A stretch of DNA of 32,000 nt from Parasynechococcus marenigrum WH 8102. Lineage in GTDB: Bacteria; Cyanobacteriota; Cyanobacteriia; PCC-6307; Cyanobiaceae. This document shows positions 24,131 to 32,000 of the stretch, piece after piece. The DNA is taken from contig NC_005070.1 of NCBI RefSeq assembly GCF_000195975.1, positions 2,130,001 to 2,162,000 of the forward strand, written 5' to 3'. A program made the translations under genes and the position numbers. Positions within the stretch are counted from its first letter, which is position 1; each line of letters begins with the position of its first letter. The notes beneath the pieces were generated by a model, which saw only the letters and a program-made list of their open reading frames with translations, was not told where the DNA came from and searched no databases.

Positions 24131-25042
24131 TCAGCGGGCCTGCGCCAGAACGAAGGAACGCGGCAGATCCAGCAATTTGCTGACCTTGCCGACATAGGCA
24201 CGGTTATTGAAAACGTCGTAATCCACCCGCTCGATGGCATCGAGAATGCCTCTGTAGAGACGCAGGGACGTCCAGACCGGCCAGCGCGCATCACGGGAGA
24301 GCCAGCGCACGCCAGCCTCCGATCGCGCGAACCAGTCCCTGGCCCGTTTCAGCTGGAACTGCATCAGCTCACACCAGGCGCTGTTAAGACGTCCGGCCAT
24401 CAGATCATCTTCTGAGTAGCCAAAACGCTCCAGATCCTCAAGCGGCAGATAGATGCGCCCACGCCCCCGGTCTTCACCCACATCGCGGAGGATGTTGGTG
24501 AGCTGATTGGCAATACCGAGAGCCACCGCAGCATCAGAGGTGTCAGGACGGTCACTCCATGGAGCCGAGGTGTAGGCACCATCAACCCCCATCACACCTT
24601 GAGTCATCAGCCCAACGGTTCCAGCGACGCGATAGCAATAAAGCTTGAGGTCGTCAAAGCGCGGATAGCGCGTCCAGGTCAGATCCATTCGCTGACCCTC
24701 AATCATGTCGAGGTAGGGCTGGATGTCCTGGGGGAAGCGCTCGAGAGTGTCCACCATCACAGCATCGAGATCATTCTCGACCGTTCCGTTGAACAAGGCG
24801 CGGGTTTTCTCCTCCCAGCGATCCAGGCGTTCCGCCAATTCAGCAACTGGGCGGGATTGGGCCTCAGGGCTGTCCATCAGCTCGTCGGTGCGTCGGCACC
24901 AGACGTAGATGGCCCAGATGGCACGACGCTTCGCCGGGGGCAGCAGGAGCGTCCCCAGGTAAAAGGTCTTGGCCCACTCAGCGGTCTCACGACGGCAAGC
25001 CTCAAAGGCTGCGTCGAGATCCGGGGCTGCGAGGGGCATCAC
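24131..25042 (-). CDS. crtB: phytoene synthase
   Basis: YVWCRRTDELMD and ILRDVGEDRGRGRIYLP (the two Asp-rich motifs). Starts directly after the pds stop. Confidence 0.93.
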   Translation of the reverse strand: MMPLAAPDLDAAFEACRRETAEWAKTFYLGTLLLPPAKRRAIWAIYVWCRRTDELMDSPEAQSRPVAELAERLDRWEEKTRALFNGTVENDLDAVMVDTLERFPQDIQPYLDMIEGQRMDLTWTRYPRFDDLKLYCYRVAGTVGLMTQGVMGVDGAYTSAPWSDRPDTSDAAVALGIANQLTNILRDVGEDRGRGRIYLPLEDLERFGYSEDDLMAGRLNSAWCELMQFQLKRARDWFARSEAGVRWLSRDARWPVWTSLRLYRGILDAIERVDYDVFNNRAYVGKVSKLLDLPRSFVLAQAR

Positions 25043-26488
<1,446 letters not shown>

Positions 26489-26547
26489 TTAAAAGGGCCT
26501 GATCCCCATTCGCTTCTTAAAGTCGACGCACGTCCCCAACGCACGCC

Positions 26548-26895
26548 ATGGCTGACACCCTGCTGAAATGCACCACCCGCCATGTACGCCTGTTCACGGC
26601 ACGGGTGGACAACCAGGATCTGGTGCCATCAGCGGATGAGCTGACCCTGGACCTTGATCCCGACAATGAATTCCTCTGGTCGGACGCCGTGGTGAGCAAA
26701 GTGCAACAGCGCTTTCAGCAGTTGGTGGAGGCCGGCGCCGGTGGCGAACTCAGCGACTACAGCCTCCGGCGGATCGGTACAGACCTGGAGGGCTACATCC
26801 GCCAGCTGCTGCAGGCCGGGGAACTCAGCTACAACCCGGATGGCCGGGTTCAAAACTTTTCTATGGGTCTTCCTCGCACACCGGACCTGTTGTGA
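26548..26895 (+). CDS. ndhM: NDH-1 subunit M
   Basis: 115 aa. [16 protein letters not shown]...[11 protein letters not shown]...GLPRTP matches my memory of NdhM. Confidence 0.85.
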   Translation: MADTLLKCTTRHVRLFTARVDNQDLVPSADELTLDLDPDNEFLWSDAVVSKVQQRFQQLVEAGAGGELSDYSLRRIGTDLEGYIRQLLQAGELSYNPDGRVQNFSMGLPRTPDLL

Positions 26896-27506
26896 GCCGT
26901 TCCCGCTACGACAGAGCCGACCGTTACGACAGGCCCGATCGCTACGACAGGCCTGAGCGCCGCGGTGGTGGCTATGGACGCCCCCCCGGTCCACCTCAGG
27001 GCAATGAGGGGCAGGGTGGATTCCAATTCAGCACGCTCACGGCAGCGGTGCTGGCAGGAGTGTTGGTGGTGGGCATCGGTATTGGCAGTGCGGTTACCAG
27101 CACCACCCAGGGCGATCAGGGCAACATCGCCAGCTCTCAGCAGCTGGACATGGCCGTTCCGGATCCCGAGTTCTGCCGTCAGTGGGGGGCCAGCGCCTTC
27201 GTGATGGATATTGAGATGTACACAACGCTCAACCCCTCCAGCAGCTTCGTCACCCAACCCACGCTTCAGCCCGGCTGTGTGATTCGACGGGAAAACTGGA
27301 GTGTACTGCGCAAGGAAGGAGCCATCACCGCGAACCAGGAACGCGAGTGCAAGCAGCGGATGAACACCTTTGCTTATATCGGCTCTGTACGCGACAAACC
27401 TGTGGTGCGTTGCGTTTACCAGACCGACATCAGCGAAAACAAGTTCCTCACCCGTGGTATCGCTGATGACGCAGCCGGCGTCACGCCGGAAGCCGATCAG
27501 TTCTGA
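26892..27506 (+). CDS. conserved cyanobacterial membrane-anchored protein (DUF3172-like)
   Basis: GTG start overlaps the ndhM stop as GTGA. N-terminal (RYDRxD)x3 repeat, one TM segment, Cys-containing C-terminal domain. Confidence 0.6.
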   Translation: MSRSRYDRADRYDRPDRYDRPERRGGGYGRPPGPPQGNEGQGGFQFSTLTAAVLAGVLVVGIGIGSAVTSTTQGDQGNIASSQQLDMAVPDPEFCRQWGASAFVMDIEMYTTLNPSSSFVTQPTLQPGCVIRRENWSVLRKEGAITANQERECKQRMNTFAYIGSVRDKPVVRCVYQTDISENKFLTRGIADDAAGVTPEADQF

Positions 27507-27510
27507 CCAT

Positions 27511-28485
27511 TCAGGCCTGCAGCGGTTGGGGCTGGGACGGCTTGGCTTGGCGCAACGGGCTGTCTGCACTGGCGAACACCGGCAGCACGTCCTGCCGGAA
27601 AGCCGCTGAAGCGCGGGAGCTGTAACGGGCGGGGTGGGTGATCAGCTTCAGCTGTCGACGCACCTGGAGATCCGCCACGACCGGGCGGTGAATTGTTCCG
27701 GCCGCCAGCTCCCGCTCGATTGACACCACCGGTACGAATGCAGCGCCGAGGCCTGCCTGAACAGCGTTTTTGATCGCCTCCAGCGAATTCAATTCCATTT
27801 CGATGCGCAGCCGCTGAACGTCCAACCCGGATCGAGCCAGCAACTGGTCCACCATCTTGCGGGTGGTGGACTGGGCATCAAGGCAGACAAAGCCCAGTCT
27901 GTAGAGGTCTTCTTTGGTGAGTTCCGCCAGGCGAGCCAGGGGATGCTTCACCGGCAACACCAGAGCCAACTCGTCGCTGGCGTAGGGCACCACCTGGAGC
28001 AGGTCGTTGAGCTCAGGCGGCAATTCACCACCGATGATCGCCAGATCGATCTGGCCATTGGCCACGCTCCAGCCCGTGCGGCGCGTGCTGTGAACCTGCA
28101 GCTGGACCGCCACTTCCGGGTACTTCTGCCGGAACAGACCAATCATCCGGGGCATCAGATAAGTGCCAGTAGTCTGGCTCGCTCCGACAATCAGGGAGCC
28201 GCCCTTGAGGTTGTGCAGATCATCCAGAGCACGGCAGGCCTCATGGCACTGGCTGAGGATCCGATCGCAATAACTGAGCAGCAGGTGCCCGGCTTCCGTC
28301 AGCTGAGCCTTCCGCCCCCCACGGTCAAACAACGACACCTCAAGCTGCTTCTCAAGGTTCTGGATCTGCAAGCTGACGGCCGGCTGCGTGACGTAGAGAC
28401 TGTCGGCCGCTTTTTTGAAGCTTCCTTCGCTGACGATGGCGCGAAGAATGCGGAGCTGATCCAGCGTGAAGGGCAGATCGGCCAC
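27511..28485 (-). CDS. rbcR: LysR-family transcriptional regulator (RbcR/Ycf30-like)
   Basis: [43 protein letters not shown] followed by a LysR substrate-binding domain. Confidence 0.8.
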   Translation of the reverse strand: MADLPFTLDQLRILRAIVSEGSFKKAADSLYVTQPAVSLQIQNLEKQLEVSLFDRGGRKAQLTEAGHLLLSYCDRILSQCHEACRALDDLHNLKGGSLIVGASQTTGTYLMPRMIGLFRQKYPEVAVQLQVHSTRRTGWSVANGQIDLAIIGGELPPELNDLLQVVPYASDELALVLPVKHPLARLAELTKEDLYRLGFVCLDAQSTTRKMVDQLLARSGLDVQRLRIEMELNSLEAIKNAVQAGLGAAFVPVVSIERELAAGTIHRPVVADLQVRRQLKLITHPARYSSRASAAFRQDVLPVFASADSPLRQAKPSQPQPLQA

Positions 28486-28564
28486 CGCGCGCGATGCGGA
28501 AGAGCTTGGAATCTAGGTCTGCCTCGGCCGGCGTCCAGAATCACGGCGCAATGTTCAGAGGCCG

Positions 28565-29296
28565 ATGGCCGTTTCCCACCACAGCAGCATCGTGATGCTG
28601 ATCCTGCTGGTGCTGTTTGCTGTGATCCACAGCGGCGGTGCGGCCCTGCGGCAACGCGCTGAAGCCCGGATTGGGGCAAGGGCATGGCGTCTGCTGTTCG
28701 CCAGCGCGAGCATCCCCTCAGCCGTCGTTGTGATCGGCTGGTTCCTCGCTCACCGCTATGACGGCATCCGCCTCTGGAACCTGCAGGGGGTGCCGGGGAT
28801 GGTGCCGCTGGTCTGGATTGGAACCGCCGTCAGTTTCCTTTTCCTCTACCCCGCCACCTACAACCTCCTGGAGATTCCAGCCGTCCTCAAACCCCAGGTT
28901 CGGCTGTACGCCACAGGCATCATCCGCATCTCACGTCACCCCCAGGCCATCGGTCAGATCCTCTGGTGCATCACCCATGCCCTGTGGATCGGCAGCAGCT
29001 TCATGTTGGTGACCTGCTTCGGACTGGTCGCCCATCATTTATTTGCGGTCTGGCACGGCGACCGCCGTCTCCAGGAACGGTTTGGCGCGGCCTTTAACGA
29101 CCTGAAAGCCAATACATCCGTGCTGCCATTTCGGGCGGTGATCGATGGCCGACAGCAGTTGGATTGGCGTGAATTTCTCAGACCAGCCCAGCTGGGAATC
29201 CTGATTGCAGTCGGCGTGTTCTGGTGGGCGCACCGCTTCATTCCTACCGCCGCGGCAATGGTGCGCAACTCAGCACTGGAGATTCTGCTGAGCTGA
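28565..29296 (+). CDS. NnrU-family membrane protein
   Basis: 243-aa polytopic protein with RISRHPQ and a His-rich TM pattern. Position upstream of ndhF is typical from memory. Confidence 0.6.
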   Translation: MAVSHHSSIVMLILLVLFAVIHSGGAALRQRAEARIGARAWRLLFASASIPSAVVVIGWFLAHRYDGIRLWNLQGVPGMVPLVWIGTAVSFLFLYPATYNLLEIPAVLKPQVRLYATGIIRISRHPQAIGQILWCITHALWIGSSFMLVTCFGLVAHHLFAVWHGDRRLQERFGAAFNDLKANTSVLPFRAVIDGRQQLDWREFLRPAQLGILIAVGVFWWAHRFIPTAAAMVRNSALEILLS

Positions 29297-29330
29297 GCTG
29301 CCTACACTCCAGGCAACCTGTTGAAAGCGG

Positions 29331-31340
29331 ATGCCTTCGGCCGCGGAACTTGCCTGGTTAATCCCGGTGCTTCCCCTTGCGGGAGCCGTGATCACTGGTC
29401 TTGGCTTGATCAGTTTCAACCGCACCATCAACCGGCTGCGCAAGCCGGTGGCGCTGCTGTTGATCAGCTGCGTGGGTGCAGCCGCGGTGTTGAGCTACGC
29501 CATCCTTGCCGGACAGCTGGCCGGCGCTCCGCCGGTTGAAAGCCTGTTCGTCTGGGCCAGCGCCGGCAACTTCGTGTTGCCAATGGGTTTCGTGGTGGAT
29601 CCCCTGGCCGCCGTGATGCTCTCCCTGGTGACCACCATCGCTCTGCTGGTGATGGTGTACTCCCACGGCTACATGGCCCACGACAAGGGCTACGTCCGCT
29701 TTTTCACCTACCTGGCGCTATTCAGCAGCTCGATGCTGGGACTGATCATCAGCCCGAATCTCCTCGAGATCTACGTGTTCTGGGAACTGGTGGGGATGTG
29801 TTCCTACCTCCTGGTGGGTTTCTGGTACGACCGGGATGGTGCAGCCCACGCCGCCCAGAAAGCCTTTGTGGTAAACCGCGTCGGAGACTTCGGTTTGCTG
29901 CTGGGCATCCTCGGACTGTTCTGGGCCACAGGCAGCTTCGATTTCCAGGGCATTGCCGATGGTTTGCGTGATGGCCTGAGCTCAGGAGCGGTTGCCCCAT
30001 GGGCCGCACTCCTGCTCTGCCTGCTGGTGTTCCTGGGACCGATGGCCAAGTCGGCGCAGTTCCCACTGCATGTGTGGCTTCCAGATGCGATGGAGGGCCC
30101 CACCCCGATTTCCGCCCTGATTCATGCCGCAACGATGGTCGCCGCGGGAGTCTTCCTGGTGGCTCGCCTAGATCCGCTCTACAGCCAGTTCCCGATTGTC
30201 CAGACCGTGATCGCCGTGGTGGGCACGATCACCTGCTTTCTGGGGGCATCGATCGCCCTCACCCAGATGGACCTGAAGAAGGGGCTGGCGTACAGCACCG
30301 TCTCGCAGCTCGGATACATCATGCTGGCCATGGGCTGCGGAGCCCCTGTCGCAGGACTGTTCCACCTGGTCACCCACGCCTTTTTCAAGGCGATGCTGTT
30401 CCTGGGATCGGGCTCAGTCATCCACGCCATGGAAGAGGTGGTCGGCCACGAACCGGTCCTTGCCCAGGACATGCGGCTCATGGGTGGTCTGCGCCAGAAG
30501 ATGCCGGTGACGGCCATCACCTTCTTCATTGGCTGTATCGCGATCAGCGGCATCCCCCCCCTGGCAGGGTTCTGGAGCAAGGACGAAATTCTCGGCCAGG
30601 CCTTCAACAGCTTCCCCGTCCTCTGGCTGGTGGGCTTCCTCACCGCCGGGATGACCGCCTTCTACATGTTCCGACTGTATTTCCTCACCTTTGAAGGTGA
30701 GTTCCGCGGCAACGACACGGCCATGCAGGCCCAGCTGCTGACGGCATCAGGCAAGGACCCTGGCGACCATCACGCCCTTGGCGGCAGCGTTCATGAATCC
30801 ACCTGGCCCATGGCAGCCCCTCTGGCGGTGCTGGCAGTGCCTTCGGTCCTGGTGGGCCTGCTGGGCACTCCTTGGAACAGCCGCTTCGCCGGCCTTCTGA
30901 ATCCAGAGGAAGCCATGGAGATGGCCGAGCATTTCAGCTGGAACGAGTTCCTGCCCCTGGCCGGCGCTTCCGTGGCCATCTCTGTTGTGGGCATCACCCT
31001 GGCCGTGCTGGCCTACGCCCTGCACCGCATTGACCTGGGTGTGTTGGTGGCAGGTCGTTTCCCCAGCATCAACGCCTTCCTGACCAACAAGTGGTACCTC
31101 GATGCCATCAACGAGAAGTTGTTCGTGCGTGGCAGCCGCAAGCTGGCCCGGGAAGTGCTGGAGGTCGACGCCAAAGTTGTGGATGGCGTGGTGAATCTCA
31201 CTGGCCTACTCACCCTTGGCAGTGGAGAGGGTCTGAAATATCTGGAAACGGGTCGAGCCCAGTTCTATGCCCTGATCGTTTTCGCTGGAGTGATCGGTCT
31301 GGTGGTGTTGTTTGGCGTCATCGGCGGACCAACCGCCTGA
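29331..31340 (+). CDS. ndhF: NDH-1 subunit 5 (NdhF1)
   Basis: 669 aa. Typical antiporter-like subunit motifs (KSAQFPLHVWLPDAMEGPTPISALIHAATMV). Confidence 0.93.
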   Translation: MPSAAELAWLIPVLPLAGAVITGLGLISFNRTINRLRKPVALLLISCVGAAAVLSYAILAGQLAGAPPVESLFVWASAGNFVLPMGFVVDPLAAVMLSLVTTIALLVMVYSHGYMAHDKGYVRFFTYLALFSSSMLGLIISPNLLEIYVFWELVGMCSYLLVGFWYDRDGAAHAAQKAFVVNRVGDFGLLLGILGLFWATGSFDFQGIADGLRDGLSSGAVAPWAALLLCLLVFLGPMAKSAQFPLHVWLPDAMEGPTPISALIHAATMVAAGVFLVARLDPLYSQFPIVQTVIAVVGTITCFLGASIALTQMDLKKGLAYSTVSQLGYIMLAMGCGAPVAGLFHLVTHAFFKAMLFLGSGSVIHAMEEVVGHEPVLAQDMRLMGGLRQKMPVTAITFFIGCIAISGIPPLAGFWSKDEILGQAFNSFPVLWLVGFLTAGMTAFYMFRLYFLTFEGEFRGNDTAMQAQLLTASGKDPGDHHALGGSVHESTWPMAAPLAVLAVPSVLVGLLGTPWNSRFAGLLNPEEAMEMAEHFSWNEFLPLAGASVAISVVGITLAVLAYALHRIDLGVLVAGRFPSINAFLTNKWYLDAINEKLFVRGSRKLAREVLEVDAKVVDGVVNLTGLLTLGSGEGLKYLETGRAQFYALIVFAGVIGLVVLFGVIGGPTA

Positions 31341-31433
31341 CCATTCACCAGCTCATGTGTGTCATCGCCTATCGAGGTGATGACAGTTGGGCTGTGATTT
31401 CTACGATCCAGCCAGTGGTGATCGGGACAGATC

Positions 31434-32000
31434 GTGATCGAATTTGCAGTCGCTGGGGCGAATGACCCCATTGCGGCGACCGTGCCCTGGCTGAGCCTCT
31501 CCATTCTTGTTCCGATCGTGGGCGCCCTGCTGGTGCCGTTCATTCCGGACTCCGGTGATGGCAAGCAGATTCGCTGGTACGCCCTCGGCGTCACCCTGAT
31601 CACCTTCCTGATCACGGTGAGCGCTTACCTCAATGGTTATGACCCGAGCCTCAGCGGTCTGCAGCTGAGCGAACGGGTGAGTTGGCTACCGGACCTTGGT
31701 CTCACCTGGGCCGTTGGAGCCGATGGGTTGTCGATGCCGCTGATCTTGCTGACCAGTTTCATCACAAGCCTGGCCTGCCTGGCGGCCTGGCCGGTGAGCT
31801 TCAAGCCACGCCTGTTCTATTTCCTGCTCCTGGCGATGGATGGCGGCCAGATCGCCGTGTTCGCCGTGCAGGACATGCTGCTGTTCTTCCTGGCCTGGGA
31901 ACTGGAGCTGATCCCGGTGTATCTGCTCCTGGCGATCTGGGGTGGCAAGAAGCGCCAGTACGCCGCCACCAAATTCATCCTGTACACCGCCGGAAGTTCC
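31434..32000 (+). CDS. ndhD: NDH-1 subunit 4 (NdhD), 3'-partial, not in the ORF track
   Basis: Hand translation from GTG 31434: [39 protein letters not shown]...[13 protein letters not shown]...[19 protein letters not shown]. The frame is open to the window end. Confidence 0.88.
   Translation, partial: MIEFAVAGANDPIAATVPWLSLSILVPIVGALLVPFIPDSGDGKQIRWYALGVTLITFLITVSAYLNGYDPSLSGLQLSERVSWLPDLGLTWAVGADGLSMPLILLTSFITSLACLAAWPVSFKPRLFYFLLLAMDGGQIAVFAVQDMLLFFLAWELELIPVYLLLAIWGGKKRQYAATKFILYTAGSS

Overview
The window looks like core chromosome of a high-GC marine picocyanobacterium (Synechococcus-like). This is judged only from recognisable proteins and synteny; no search was run. Core genes seen: monocistronic psbD, an ABC ATPase, tRNA-Asn(GUU), rpaA, a holB-tmk-Cu-ATPase chain, ycf3, radA, rpaB, plsX-fabH-fabD-plsC, a ycf34-tsaB-DUF218 chain, a CCA/polyA-polymerase family gene, an RRM protein, pds-crtB, ndhM, a LysR/rbcR-like regulator, an NnrU-like gene, ndhF and the start of ndhD. 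Many long ORFs in the track are antisense artefacts of the high GC content. The outstanding feature is a visibly AT-rich insertion of about 5.96 kb (8899-14873) wedged between the convergent 3' ends of ycf3 and radA. It is bounded by a perfect 13-bp direct repeat (ACGTCTACTTCTG) that covers the stop codons of both host genes. It carries a tyrosine-recombinase gene at its left end, and that protein appears to lack the first catalytic arginine. It also has helically phased GTTCCA(TG/AC) repeat arrays at both ends and internally, a consensus -35 followed by a 16-bp perfect palindrome, and an ~850-bp AT-rich non-coding stretch with iteron-like CTCGTTACG repeats. The cargo is 6-8 small orphan ORFs with strong intrinsic terminators. 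One ORF is split by a single in-frame TAG, and one has a signal-peptide-like extension with no canonical start. I cannot assign a function to the cargo. It is the best candidate in the window for an undescribed mobile or accessory system. No rRNA or CRISPR array was seen.
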